From the NCBI RefSeq assembly GCF_006345805.1, contig NC_043011.1, positions 37,212,464 to 37,276,463 on the forward strand: a stretch of 64,000 nt of DNA, written 5' to 3'. Position 1 is the stretch's first letter; every line of letters begins with the position of its first letter. The notes under the pieces were generated by a model that saw only the letters and a program-made list of their open reading frames with translations, was not told where the DNA came from and ran no database searches. Below are positions 25,571 through 39,443 of this stretch, in pieces. The position numbers and the translations under genes were made by a program. Source of the DNA: Octopus sinensis (lineage: Eukaryota).

Positions 25571-26484
25571 TTCCTTGCATTTGTTTAAAAAATGCAAGCT
25601 TAGCTTCAAGATTTCGGAGAAAGAGTATACATGTTGCCTTTTCAGAATTTTGTTCTTTATTAAGAAAAAGGACTGAGAAAATCGTGAGGGAGCTGAGGAA
25701 GGGAAATAGCGAGAAATACAGACGAAGGGATGAAACGTAGGTGGACATACTCTTGTATGCGCTTCTTGACTGGCAACCTCTTGCATCTTTTCTTTTCGTG
25801 GCTCAAAATTCTGTTTCTAGTAGCGTCAAGCATATTTACACGTTTCTGGTTCATGGCGTTTTTTTGTACACATACGTATAGATTCGCACATGAAAATTTC
25901 ATCCGGGTTGCGTTACGTAATGTAAATTAAATACGGAAATAAGTGTTGGAAAGGACTTAGCATCAATGCATATTTTGAAAATGGTTTTTTCTGCACTATC
26001 ACTACACAGCTACAGCTGTGCACGAGTAGGTGTGTTTATGTACACCAGAGTAAGCTAATGGCATCGACCGCATGCGGGATACTGTCCTTCAATTCCCATG
26101 CTGTGTGCCGATTTCTTTCCGTGCTCTTCAAGTGTTCCCAGAGATATTAATCAAAGGAAAAGAATACAAGCTCCAGTCTTTCTGAAAATGTGTTAGTCAT
26201 CATAAAGAAAAGACTAGAGATATTCACTCAATGCAGATTTACAATCAAATAATGTGGCGAGGATGCGGTGAGGATAACGTAGCAAACTGTCGACTAGTGC
26301 GCCATCTTTGTTCAGCTGCTAGAAACGGTGGAAATAACACAATCATACTTGAAAACGAAAAGCTGCGTGGTCTCTCGTGCGTGTAAATATATTTCAATAT
26401 TTACAGTGTGCTACAGAACCTGAGCTACTTCTTCGTGCGCCGCCCTGTCTACATGTATATATATACATATATATATATAGTGAT

Positions 26485-26887
26485 AAGTGGCTGTGTGGTA
26501 AGTAGCTTGCTTACCAACCACATGGTTCCGGGTTCAGTCCCACTGCGTGGTACCTAGGGCATATATCTTTTACTATACCCTCGGGCCGATCAAAGCCTTT
26601 TGAGTGGATTTGGTAGACGGAAACTGAAAAGAAGCCCGTCGTAAATGTATATATATATGTATGTATATGCTTGTGTGTCTGTGTTTGTCCCCCCAACATC
26701 GCTTGACAACCGATGGTGGTGTGTTTACGTCCCTATAACTTAGCGGTTCGGCAAAAGAGGCCGATAGAATAAGTACTAGGCTTACAAAGAATAAGTCCTG
26801 GGGTTGATTTTCTCGAATAAAGGCGGTGCTCTAGCATGTTCGCAGTTTAAATGACTGAAACAAGTCTAAGAGTAAAAGAGTAAAAGT
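26485..26887 (+). mobile_element. SINE family B, full length
   Basis: Head, internal microsatellite, conserved tail and (GTAAAAGA) terminal repeat. Confidence 0.9.
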
Positions 26888-27234
26888 GTAGGTCGATGAT
26901 GAAACATAGAATCAAAATGTGGAATCTAGTTGGTTGAAGTAATCTATGCAAGAAATTTCAGAGATAGAAAATGTAGAAATAATAACTAAGTGGTGGAAAT
27001 AACGGACATACAAATGATTAAGAATCCAAAAGCAGGGTTAGCAAGCTATTTTTATTAATGGAACGGTTGATATTTCAAAAACTTCCAAGAGAAACGCTAT
27101 TTCTTGAATAATGAAGAATCACGTCTCATGACACAGATGCTTCGAGAAACTTAGAAAAGGGAGGTTACTCTATAATCTTTCTTGCAATACAGATGCTTCA
27201 ACCTACACCACTACATATCTATTCGACCAACTAT

Positions 27235-27240
27235 TTGTTA

Positions 27241-27313
<73 letters not shown>

Positions 27314-27675
27314 CATATCCATCCATCTATTTACCTATCTATTTATCTATCTATCTATTCCGTCTGTCTCTGTCTATCTATCTATCTCTCTATCTCTCTA
27401 TCTGTCTGTCTTCTGCCTGTCTGTTAGTCAATCTATCTCACTTGCTTACTGTATATACCTATGATTATGAGTATGTGTGTGTATGTGCATGTGAATGTAT
27501 ATAAACGTATGTTTACATATATATGCATGTATATATATACTTACATATGTATAAATACGTATATATGCACATACATGTACATATACGTATATACATATAT
27601 ATACATATATATACATATATATATACATTTATATAGAGACATATGTATGTATATGTATCCATATACATACATATA

Positions 27676-27725
<50 letters not shown>

Positions 27726-27810
27726 TTATACACACACACACACATATATATATATATGTACCTATGTGCATGCATCTATATTTAGGAAGAATGTGCGTAA
27801 TTTACCATTG

Positions 27811-27852
<42 letters not shown>

Positions 27853-27860
27853 ATTCATTG
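27235..27860. repeat. (TCTA)n and TA-rich microsatellites
   Basis: Direct reading. Confidence 0.9.
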
Positions 27861-28104
27861 TGTACATGCATTTATGTACATTCATTTAACATGTAATTAT
27901 TTAATGCTTAGCAATCACTAATCATAATTACATAAAGATTCCGTATGTAACGTAATATTATTTCATTGCCATTCCCAACCATTCCCAGTCCATTTTCTGA
28001 ATATTCACTTTGATTAAGCAGAAATGTATTCTTAAATCTTGCCATTATGCTAATCATTGGCTATCATCTTCATTCATTTCTTCTATAAAAGGAATTGTTG
28101 CAAT

Positions 28105-28157
28105 GAAGAAGACTATTGTGATGATGGCGATGATGACGATGATGATGATGATAATGA

Positions 28158-28190
<33 letters not shown>

Positions 28191-28571
28191 TGATGATCAT
28201 GATGATGATGACGGTGACGATGTGTCTGATGATGATGATGATGATGATGATGATGGTAATGATGATGATGCGGAGGAGGAGGAGGAGGATGCAAAGGAGG
28301 ATCGTGTTAATCGTGTGGACTATGATTACGTACGATAATTGTAATTATACTTCTTCGCGTCGTTGGTTGCTCTTGCTGTAACTGTTGTTGTTGGTATTGT
28401 TGTTGTTGAGCTTGTTCTCCTCCTTCTTCTTCTTCTTCTTCTTCTTCTTCTTCTTCTTCTCTGTCATCTCCTTCCCTTTTGTCTCCCATTGTCTTTTCCT
28501 TTTTCCTTCTCTTTTTCTCTTTCTCACTCACGTGTATCTCGCCATTCTGATCCTTGTTATTCATAGTTCTT

Positions 28572-28616
<45 letters not shown>

Positions 28617-29075
28617 AGCAGTGGCTGCAGCAACAACAGCTGCATCGTCAATATCGACATCATTGATATTGCCATCTTCATCGTCATTGACATCAACACA
28701 AATATCATCATGGTCATCCTCCACCTCCACCTCCTCCTCATCGTCATCATCGTCATCACTATCACCACTGTTGTCTTTTTCATCAATTTCATATTCCTCC
28801 TCCTCTACCGTCTCCGCCCCCTTTTCCTCTCCCTCATAATTATCATCATCATCATCATCACCACCATCACCTTCACTGTTATCGTCATCTCCATCGTATA
28901 GTTATTGCTATTGTTATCATTATTAGTAGTAATAGTAAATAGCCGTAGAAGTATTAATACACTTCTTATTCTCCTCCTTCCTCTTCTTCTTCTTCTTCTT
29001 CTTCTTCTTCTTCTCCTTCATCTTCTTCTCCATCTTCTTCTTCTCCTTCTCCTTCTTCTCCTCCTTCTTCTTCTT

Positions 29076-29109
<34 letters not shown>

Positions 29110-29150
29110 CATTACTACTACTAACAGCAGCCACAACAGCAGCAGCAGTT

Positions 29151-29185
<35 letters not shown>

Positions 29186-29410
29186 TTGCAAGATAATATA
29201 GCTGATATTGGGGTAGATTGGTGGTGGTGGTGGTGGTGGTGATGGCGGTGGCGATAATGATTTTGGTGTGGATGTCAATGACGGTGATGTTGATGGTGAT
29301 GATGATGATTATCATTACGACAACAATGACGCTAGGGATAATGTCAATCATTGTGGATGTGCTGGTGCTGCCGATAGTGATAGTGGTGGTGATGATGTTG
29401 ATAATGTTTT
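28105..29410. repeat. 1.3-kb mosaic of trinucleotide repeats (GAT, GAC, GGA, TTC, CAT, CAG, CTA, TAG, GGT)
   Basis: Direct reading; yields homopolymer ORFs in all frames. Confidence 0.95.
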
Positions 29411-29584
29411 TGTTGGGTGGAACGGATTTGCGCTGAAAATATCTTTAATTCGGATAGTGCACCTTAATTTGCGAGAAACATTGGGTAGAATTGGAAACAC
29501 TATACACAGACGCAGACACACAGACGCACACACACAGACGCAGACACACACACACACACACGTATATATATATATATATATATA

Positions 29585-29819
29585 TAGTAACCCCTCGCCA
29601 TATCGCGGTTCACCACGTGGTTCACCTACCGTCGTTCATTATTTCAGCTTACGTCGATTCCTCTGTTGTGTTGTTTTGCATTTATAAGAAAATAAATATA
29701 TACGAATTATAAAATTATTTTTTAAAAATATATATAATAAAGTAGTAATTCTTCGCGGATTTACACCTATCGCGGGGGGTTTTGGGAACGTAACATCTGC
29801 GATATTCGAGAAATTACTG
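29585..29819. mobile_element. Tigger/pogo-like MITE (second copy at 55811-56028, opposite orientation)
   Basis: TIR (C)AGTAACCCCTCG..ATATCGCG at one end and GCGATATTCGAG..ATTACTG-TA at the other; internal homology to the 55.8-kb copy. Confidence 0.75.
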
Positions 29820-30379
29820 TATAGATACACAAACACACATATAGACATGCACACACACGTATATATTTACACATACACACATTGACATGTAAATTTATAC
29901 ACTCAGACACTCTGATATGCCCATATATTGAAAGAAACATGGAGTTACGCACATACATATAACCACACAAAGATACAGACTAAGACATATACAGCCATTG
30001 ACATCTGCATATCGAGTCGCATATATATAAACAAACGTATATACACACTCTTCTATTAACACACATAGAAACTCAAGCATGAAACATCACATTCACGATT
30101 TCATAATTACACATTGTCATATAATAACGAGAATAAGATTTTACAATAGAATTAGGAAAATTATCATAATATGACGACCTTAAATAAGTATGTGCATTAT
30201 ATGTTTTAGGCAAGTGGTTAATTGCATGTTAATTGATTGCTTTAAGGGTCAATTTGAATCGAAGCGAAAATCTGCTTCTAACCCTTAATCATTTCATAAC
30301 GTTAATAATTTCATTAGATTAATAATTTTAAAAAGAAAAAAAATACATTACTTAGATTTTCTTCGCAGTAAATAAGTTT

Positions 30380-31100
30380 TCGAAGTAAGTTAGCATGACC
30401 TGTGTATGTTGCATGCTTCTAAGAGTCAAAGCTAGAAAAACTCTATTGATGAAACTATCTGGAATATTTACCAGCCAGATTTTCGATAAAATACACCGAG
30501 GTAACGCTGCGAGTTCACCATCCGTATTTTACTACTAAAAGGCCTATCACCAACGTCACAATTATGGGGGTTAATATCTAGCTGCACCAGGCCACACCGA
30601 AGAAGTGGAAGAATCCACATGATATCATGTCTATTAATGTTTAATGCCAGCGATATTCCATTTCGAATACGCCAGAACGTATTAAGAGCGAATAGAAACG
30701 GTGTACTCATATAAAAAGTACCCAGCACACACGGGATAAGATCCCGAGCTACTTTCGAACAGAAAAACCCCTTTCGATGTTTAATATGTTGTGGAATGAT
30801 TGTCTACGACTTTGTATAGTGTACATCTGACCAATGACTATAATAATGTTACTATTCAGCGATTCCCCACCAATAGAGAGCTTAGTCAGAATGTCATGCT
30901 TACAAAAATATATTGTATCTAAAACAGCCAATGGCTCTGCAAAATGCCCCATAAGAATAACTGGAGGGGTTTCGAATAACGGGTGTTGAATATCCGAAGT
31001 GTAAGGTAGAAGATTCCATATCCCGTCACACCAAAAATAAGTAGACCTGGCTGAATCTAAATGATACCAAATACCGCTGTGTTTAGTGCTCCTATAATTA
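30380..31100 (-). mobile_element. Highly decayed L1/Tx1-like RT fragment
   Basis: NIERG..ISPC.L.F (RT motif B-like), RIRNGISL, QRYLGVF; many frameshifts. Confidence 0.4.
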
Positions 31101-31152
31101 GCAAAGAATCACGATATAAACTCAGTAAAATAAGGCCAATTATTTACATTAC

Positions 31153-31376
31153 TTACATTTGACGGATATTTGTCCTCCCCTTGTTTGTTGTTCACACAAC
31201 GTTTAGGCTGATATACACTCCAGCCTTCATCGGGTACCTTGGGGAAATTTCGAACCTGGATCATCCTTCTGCCCTCCTCCTACAATTCATCATCATTATC
31301 TTCATCACCATTACTAACACCACCACCGCCGCCGCCACCACCATCACCAAAACAACCAAATATCCGTCAAATGTAA
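31153..31376. repeat. SINE family F partial copy with an inverted terminal segment
   Basis: TTACATTTGACGGATATTTG at 31153 and its reverse complement at 31357; mutated HHR on the minus strand at about 31190-31240. Confidence 0.75.
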
Positions 31377-32040
31377 ATAACGTACACAATTCCTCGTATC
31401 GTATATATAGAACTGAATAAAGCCAAAGTTGATGAGATAATTAGGAATACCAATTTCATTTTCTTTACTAAAATAATAATAAAAATAAAGCAATTTCTAC
31501 ATTGTTTTACTTGCCTTCAATTTAGAAATAATATTTGTAGAGTGAACTTCATAAGCATACAGAGATAATTTTGAGTATGCCCATTTCACAAATGTATTTC
31601 TTCTCGTCCATGTTTATCGAGAACATTTCGTTTTGAATTTTAAACGAAGTCAGCATTTTTAAACACAAACTTAGGTTTATTGAGATACATTCAGCTGCTG
31701 CAATCTGTAGGGCAAGCAAATATAAATCAACTTCCTTGCTCGTTTTATGAAAATAAAGAAAAAGTATGGTGAATATATATAATGACTATAAAGTTTTAAC
31801 CTGAATTACATTACAAACTACAAATAAGTTTGATTTGAAAACTTGGAAAGCAACCCTCCCTTATAATTCAAAGCAGGTTCGCTTCAAATATTCAAATCCC
31901 TTTTGTTCAAACAATATTTCTTTGAAATCACAACGATGAAGCAAGTTATTATATTGAAGTTTGTTAAATCTACATCAGCTATTCCTCATGAAAATTATAT
32001 TAGAACTACAGTTCTATATTTAAGATATGAGGAATTAAGT

Positions 32041-32230
32041 ACATTATTTACATTTGACGGATATTTGTCCTCATCTTGTTTGTTGTTAACACAACGTTTC
32101 AGCTGATATAACCTCCAGCCCTCATCGGGTGTCTTGGGGAAATTTCGAACCTGGGGTCACATTTCTAAAGTATTTTTCGATGTTGTTGTTGTTATTATTA
32201 TTCAGGTAGCTTGTGCTCTTAACCACTACG
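32041..32230 (-). mobile_element. SINE family F, internally deleted left arm of a head-to-head pair
   Basis: Reverse complement of 32241-32500 with a deletion; HHR core mutated to CCGATGA. Confidence 0.85.
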
Positions 32231-32240
32231 GGATTAGTTG

Positions 32241-32500
32241 CGTAGTGGTTAAGAGCGCGGGTTACTAACCCCAAGATTCCGAGTTCCATTCCAGACAGTG
32301 ACCTCAATAATAATAATAATAATAATAATAACAATAATAATAATAACAACAGCAATTACATCGAAAAATAACTTAGGAATGAGAACCTAGGTTCGAAATT
32401 TCCCCAAGACACCTGATGAAGGCTGGAGGGTATATCAGCTGAAACGTTGTGTTTACAACAAACAAGATGAATACAAATATCCGTCAAATATAAATAATGT
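32241..32500 (+). mobile_element. SINE family F: tRNA-like head, (AAT)n, HHR-bearing tail
   Basis: A-box TAGTGGTTAAG, B-box-like GAGTTCCATTCC, HHR at 32408-32453. Confidence 0.85.
32408..32453 (+). ncRNA. Minimal type I hammerhead in the SINE F tail
   Basis: gacac-CTGATGA-a-ggctg(10 nt)cagct-GAAA-cg-TT-gtgtt; intact core, H17=U. Confidence 0.7.
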
Positions 32501-33279
32501 ACATAATGTATATTATAACTAGTTTTGGGTACGACAGTAAGATGTAGAAGTGATCGGTGGAGGTTTAGGACTTTTGATATGTTTCAACATAGCGAATATG
32601 AAATAAAAACGATTAAATTATACAACTTTGAATAAGTTATTTTTTTCTGAAATTTAAAAAAGAAAAAAAAGATTTCTCATTTGCCTTTTCTTCTTATATT
32701 TAAATGAGAGATTTCGAGACTGATAAGAAAGTATAACACACAGTTAAGTACAGAAAGAGAGGAAGAAAAGAGAAAAGAATGTAAGAACATAAAACTCATT
32801 TCCTTTCAAATGCTATCAATTTTATTTCAAATTAGATACAAACACAATTGTCGAAAATAAAACGTGCTAATCTGTATGCATCGAGTGAGCACTTACTACC
32901 TATATTATCAATTGTGAAATGTTTGTATAGAAGAGAGCGAACAATCTATCATTACAGTGCAGTGTGGTGAAGCATAGCTTTATTCTGCTTATTATTGCTA
33001 CTATGATGTAATTCAATGCAAACTCTAAATTACTTCGCAAGAGGAGGGGGCTGCTAGAAAGAAAAGCAATGATATATCAGATTAATAGGTTTGATGTGGT
33101 CATTTCTGGGTACCAATTGCTACTTATTGGAAAGAGAACGATATGCATGAGTGACAGCGTTTGGGTTAGGTGTGAGTAAGTGTGTAAGTGTGTAATTCCA
33201 GAGTTCGTTTGTGAGGGATAAATTGAAAGTGAGTTAAAGACACTAAAGTAACATGATTATGTATTTGAATGTGTGTGTA

Positions 33280-33349
<70 letters not shown>

Positions 33350-33368
33350 TGTGTGTGTAAGTATATAT

Positions 33369-33762
33369 ACTCTTTTACTTGTTTCAGTTACTTGACTGTG
33401 ACCATGCTGGAGCACCGCCTTTAGTCGAGCAACTCGACCCCGGGACTTATTCTTTGTAAGCCTAGTACTTATTCTATCGGTCTCTTTTTGCCGAACCGCT
33501 ATGTGACGGGGACATAAACACACCAGCATCGGTTGTCAAGTAATTTTAGGGGGACAAACACAGACACACAAACACAGACACATACATATATATATATACA
33601 TATAAACGACAGGCTTCTTTCAGTTTCCGTCTACCAAATCCACTCACAAGACATTGGTCGGCCCGGGGCTATAGCAGAAGACACTTACCCAAGATTCCAC
33701 GTAGTGGGACTGAACCCAGAACCATGTGGTTGGTTAGCAAGCTACTTACCACCCAGCCACTC
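33369..33762 (-). mobile_element. SINE family B, full length
   Basis: Complete head-to-tail match to the family. Confidence 0.9.
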
Positions 33763-33825
33763 ATATATATATACATATGCGTGTGTGGGTGTGCCCGCAT
33801 GTATCTGTTTATACATACATACGTT

Positions 33826-34214
33826 TGGTAAGTAGCTTGCTTACCAACCACATGGTTCCTGGTTCATTCCCACTGCGTGGCACGTTGGGTAACTGTCTTC
33901 TTCTATAGCCTCGGGCCGATCAAATCCTTGTGAGTGGATTTGGTAGACGGAAACTGAAAGAAGCCCGTCGTATATATGTATGTTTGTGTGTATATGTTTG
34001 TGTGTCAGTGTTTGTCCCTCCAACATCGCTTGACAAACGATGGTGGTGTATTTACGACCCCGTAACTTAGCTGTTCGACAAAAGAGCCAGATAGAATAAG
34101 TACTCGGTTTACAAAGAATAAGTCCTGGGGTCGATTTGCTCGACTAAAGGCGGTGCTCCAGCATGGCCGAAGTAAAATGACAGAAACAAGTAAAAGAGTA
34201 AAAGAGTAAAAGAG
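33826..34214 (+). mobile_element. SINE family B, near full length, head-to-head with the previous copy
   Basis: Near-complete match to the family; about 60-bp spacer. Confidence 0.9.
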
Positions 34215-34833
34215 ATATACATAATTATAACACGGACTTTGCTCGCTCCTCACCATGCACTGAAAAATAGACGCCAAAAGACACTATTGCAACTATAAAG
34301 TCTCCGAAAGTTATAATTCATTTCTTTCTTTTGCTAGCCTATTATGTGGTGTGCTTATTCTCGGAGAATTTGTGGTGATATTAGTGTCTTTTGACTTCTA
34401 TCTTTCAGTGCGTGTTGAGGAGGAAGTCAAGCCCTTGTTATAATCATTTATATAATTATAAAATATTTGTAAAATTTAACTATGAGGTTTTTATTATCGC
34501 GCTGACCATCTGGTAAAAATCATTAATGATATTTACCCTTTATTATTATAATATATACATTACGTTAAGTCCAAATTACGATAAATGTAAACAGAGATTC
34601 TAGAAATGAATCTTATGATTCTAATCCTGAAACGCGTCCATAATTAATCGAAGACTGTTTGATTTCATTATTTTACTTCTTTTTTGCTATGTGTGAGTTA
34701 CAAATATTGTTGTCTGTGGATACATATTTTTGTAGAAAAAAAAAATAGTACTGTTTTGGCTGCTATTTCTAAAATTTTCGGTATGTGGTCAAACAACTTG
34801 TTACTAAACCCTTATTGTTATAATTATATATAC

Positions 34834-34864
<31 letters not shown>

Positions 34865-34913
34865 TAGATGTATATATATATATGTAATATATATATATAC
34901 GTATATACATATA

Positions 34914-34989
<76 letters not shown>

Positions 34990-36033
34990 GTGCGTGTGCG
35001 TGTGTGTGTGTGTAGTATTGTGTTTAGAATATGAGGCCTCTTGGACAACTATCCTTTATTATAGTCTCAAATCACATTGGGTAGATATAACCAAGACGAA
35101 ATTTGTCGAATCGATCATATGTGTAATTTGAACCCTTGCCACCCACTATGTCTCGCTGATTTTGCTCGACGCCTACAATTAATTGAAATAATGCTGATGA
35201 AAAACACAACACCGACGCGGTAATTCAACGAATTATCATCGTCGATAAAGGCAGAGATCCACTTACTTTTACCTACGTAGGTAGTAGTGCATTTGTTTGA
35301 TTCTTTGTATGTGCTAATAGTATTAGGTTACATTTACAACATGGAAAAGTCTTGTTTGTTTTCTAAAAGTAGCTGATATGTTCCAACAAGAGAAGCAGAG
35401 GTGTATTTAGAACAACAACAATAGAGCTAACATCTGCGAATCTACTAACAATGCACCTTAAGTAAATTATATTCTGCCGACTGTTAAAGAGCTTAAAATA
35501 AATGGATTTACAGAACAGTAAAATACTCTATAATTGCTTTGTATGCGTCCTGTTGAGATGATTGATATATATTAACTTGTAACATCTTCTTCATATTCGG
35601 TTTTTCGTTTACCCTCCTGGGCCTGACAACATTTAGAGGAGGCTGGGTGGCAAATTAACAACTGTTGTTCATCGTAACATGACACACGTGAATCTAAATG
35701 CAAGTTTTTGCTAATGTAAAAGGATAATAATATTATCGATTCTTAACCATAGTAGAGAATTTAAGTTCTATTTCTTGATAGTAAGCCTGCGGTAGAGAAA
35801 CTTGCTTAATGTAAGAGCATCCTACGATGCACCTTAGATGGATAAAATCCACAAGATATGAACAAAATTCACAGGAAATTCTTTATTGTTATATTTATTA
35901 AGTATGTAATCACTTGGAAATATACGTATGAAATAATATTTGTTGAAATTGCGTAAATTGTAAATGGTTAATTCATATCAGTCTCAGTAAGCGAAAAGTA
36001 CGCATGTATAGCAAATGTTTTTGATTAATGCTT

Positions 36034-36421
36034 ATTCCCTTAGCACTCCGTCGGTTACGACGACGAGGGTTCCGGTTGATCCGAATCAACGGAACAGCCT
36101 GCTCGTGAAATTAACGTGTAAGTGGCTGAGCACTCCACAGACACGCGTACCCTTAACGTAGTTCTCGGGGATATTCAGCGTGACACAGAGAGTGACAAGG
36201 CCGGCTCTTTGAAATATAGGTACAACAGAAACAGGAAGTAAGAGTGAGAGAAAGTTGTGGTGAAAGAGTACAGCCGGGATCACCACCATCCCCTGCCGGA
36301 GCCTCGTGGAGCTTTAGGTGTTTTCGCTCAATAAACACTCACAACGCCCGGTCTGGGAATCGAAACCGCGATCCTATGACCGCGAGTCCGCTGCCCTAAC
36401 CACTGGGACATTGCGCCTCCT
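36034..36421 (-). mobile_element. SINE family A, full length
   Basis: TSD ATTAATGCTT at 36024-36033 and 36422-36431. Confidence 0.9.
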
Positions 36422-36576
36422 ATTAATGCTTTTTATGCGCTAATCAACTACAGAAATAGCTGAGACTAAATATTAGAATTTGCATCAGAGTCTAATAAGC
36501 AGATAAAATTTACAATAGGGAAGAGGAAAAGAAAGCAGCCTTTTTATGGTAAATTGTGCGAGTAAATAGCTAATGT

Positions 36577-36883
36577 GTGGAGGCACATGGCCTAGTGGTT
36601 AGAGCAACGGACTCGCGGTCGAAGGATCGCGGGTTCGAATCTCGGATCGGGCAATGCGTGTGTGTTTATGAGCGAAACGCCTAAGCACCGCCCGGCCCCG
36701 GTAGAAGGTAATGGCGAACTCTGCTGACTCTTTCGCCACAACTTTTTCTCACACTTTTCTCCTGCATCTTGCATCTCACCTGCAATGGACCGGCGTCCCG
36801 TCCAGTTGGGGAACCTATATGCCAAGGAAACCGGGAAACCGGAACCTAATGAGTCAGGCATGGCTCGAGAAGGAACACAAAAC
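36577..36883 (+). mobile_element. SINE A2 (A-like head, different 3' tail)
   Basis: TSD AAATAGCTAATGT at 36564-36576 and 36884-36896; tail GGCGTCCCGTCCAG...GGAAACCGGGAAACCGG. Confidence 0.85.
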
Positions 36884-36984
36884 AAATAGCTAATGTAAAT
36901 ATGGAGAAACATATACATACACACACATCTTAACAAATTTACTTATTGCAAATTATATTCATCGTAATATTTCTATTACAGAAA

Positions 36985-37198
36985 AGGCAGCGAGTTGGCA
37001 GAATCGTTAGCATGTCGGGTGAAATTCTGAGCAGCATTCCGTCCACCTTCGTGTTCTGAGTTCAAGTTCCACCGAGATCGACTTTGCCTTTCATTATTTC
37101 GGGTCGATAAAATTAATACCAGTTGAATAATGGGTCAATGTAATCGACTTACATCTTCCCGGAAATTCCTGGTCTTGCGCCAAAATTCGAAACTATTA
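36985..37198 (+). mobile_element. SINE family C, diverged
   Basis: GGCAGCGAGTTGGCAGAATCGTTAGC...GAGTTCAAGTTCC..TCGACTTTGCCTTTCAT. Confidence 0.75.
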
Positions 37199-37239
37199 TT
37201 TCAATGATGAAAAGATTTTTCTGATGTAAGCACAGCCAA

Positions 37240-37880
37240 CAACTTTCAGAGGAGGGTGACTAGTAGATAACCTTTCTTGAATGAGAGAACAGAAAATTAT
37301 GGTTGTCCTCTAGATGACATTTCTCAGCCGTTTGGATTACTACTCCCAACTATGGTCACCACACAGTATAAAATTAACGACAGAACTCAAAGCAATCCAC
37401 CAAGATACACAAAAGAATATCGTCTCAATGCGGTATCTCAGATCTTTGAAGAAACTGAAAAAGTTCAGACTCTACGCGCTAGAACGACGGCGGGAAGGTT
37501 ATGCAGTAATATACATCTGAAAGTCGTAGACGAACCTGTAACTAAATTTGGCATTCTAAGTTATACAGATAACAGAACGGGCTGTCTCTGCAGAGTATTA
37601 AAATCCCCAACATCTCCATCACGATACAGGATCAGATCCTGCAATAACTTGGGTTTGAAAAGTCTACAAAAGTCCACAACTCTTCAATATGCTCCTCAAT
37701 GTCTGAGGAATTTACAGGGTTTGGGTGTAGGCGGCTTCAAAACATTTTCTGGATCTCCTCTTCTCAAGAGTTCCGTGTGAACCTACCTCGCGGTAAGAAA
37801 CGCAGATGAGGGCAGTAACATGAGACACTCTCATTTAACAAATATCCCATATAAGAGGAAATTAAATGAAAGTGTAGCCA
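37240..37880 (+). mobile_element. CR1/L2-type LINE 3' fragment, decayed
   Basis: SRLDYYSQLWSPH..KFRLYALERRREGYAVIYI, matching the conserved C-terminal region. Confidence 0.75.
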
Positions 37881-38302
37881 AGTTAAGGACGGTATCCCAA
37901 CATGGCTGCAGCTCTCGAGCTGAAAATAGTGAAGAAAAAACAAAGAAAATAAAGAACATATATCTATATACAGAGAGAGAGAGAGAGGGAGAGGTGACGA
38001 GAGGGAAAGATTATGAGTGAGAAAGAGGAATTTTCCCTATATCTGGACTGGTACTTTATGGATCACTTCCTAAAGATGAGGAAATGGGCGAATTTGAAAC
38101 ATCCCCACGGGATTTGAGCTGGTACAAATACCGCAAGACCATTCAATCCGGCGTTTAACTGCCACAAATGCAACGCCTTACTGGGTATAGAACACATGAT
38201 TTGAATATATAAAGTAGCATTACCTACCTGGTCGTATTATCTACTTGAAATAGCAGCCTGATTTTCTACCAAGGAGACATTAGATACTATGTATATAGGG
38301 AT

Positions 38303-38686
38303 GGAAGCACTCCGTCAGTTACGACGACGAGGGTTCCGGTTGATCCGAATCAACGGAACAGCCTGCTCGTGAAATTAACTTGTAAGTGGCTGAGCACTCC
38401 ACAGATACGTGTACCCTTAACGCAGTTCTCGGGGATATTCAGCGTGACACAGAGAGTGACAAGGCCGGCCCTTTGAAATACAGGCACAACAGAAACAGGA
38501 AGTAAAAGTGAGAGAAAGTTGTGGTGAAAGAGTACAGCAGGGATCACCACCATCCCCTGCCGGAGCCTCGTGGAGCTTTAGGTGTTTTCGCTCAATAAAC
38601 ACTCACAACGCCCGGTCTGGGAATCGAAACCGCGATCCTATGACCGCGAGTCCGCTGCCCTAACCACTGGGCCATTGCGCCTCCAC
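38303..38686 (-). mobile_element. SINE family A, full length
   Basis: TSD TGTATATAGGGAT at 38290-38302 and 38687-38699. Confidence 0.92.
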
Positions 38687-39334
38687 TGTATATAGGGATA
38701 CACACAACACCTGAACAAAATACAACGCGGTGAATGCTTTAATGATATTTATTGGTAGCGCGTTTGATCAATCAGGTATGACCGAGGGCTAAAACAACAA
38801 CAACAACAACATAAATATCAAAGTCAAAATGTGTACAGAGGAAATACGATATCTACCTCACAAGATACAGTGATAAGAGAATATGGTCATCAGAGATAAA
38901 ACTTAGAGCGATGGAATCATGGAATTGCATCGATCAAAATTAAGAGATATCGAAGTATTTGTATCGGTATTTAAAGAGAAGTAATAAACGCACGAGTCAA
39001 CAGGCCTTCCGAATCCAGATCCAATGCATGCAAACTGGAATTCATTACCGAGTGATAACGTCAAATCAAAGAAAGACGACAAATAAATGAGGAATAAATT
39101 CGACGGATAGCGGTATGTCATAAAATTTCATTGGATTGTCCAGTATTCTGAAAGGTCTCTTTGCAATTGAGTCAGCATTAGCGAGCTTTGCTTAGCGTCC
39201 ATAAAGTAGCTACAGAGTAAATCCTGTTCTATGCTCCGAGTGGTATTGCTTTTTTTTTTGTTGTTGTTTAACCCTAGGTTTGCTCGGTTGAAGCTAACAT
39301 AAAATCACAGGAATACTGGACGCATTTAATTCTC

Positions 39335-39390
39335 ATATACAATGTATACTCGACTTTATTAGCCAGCATCTTCAACATACATAGGTATAA

Positions 39391-39443
<53 letters not shown>

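Noticed and set aside
4286-38602. Recurrent ORFs MFIERKHLKLHEAPAG.. and MVVIPAVLFHHNF..
   Set aside because: Incidental frames inside SINE A copies; the start and stop positions come from the repeat consensus
38955-39045. Minus-strand LHALDLDSEGLL resembling a pseudouridine synthase motif
   Set aside because: The essential Arg is missing, the frame is short and closed by stops, and there is no supporting context
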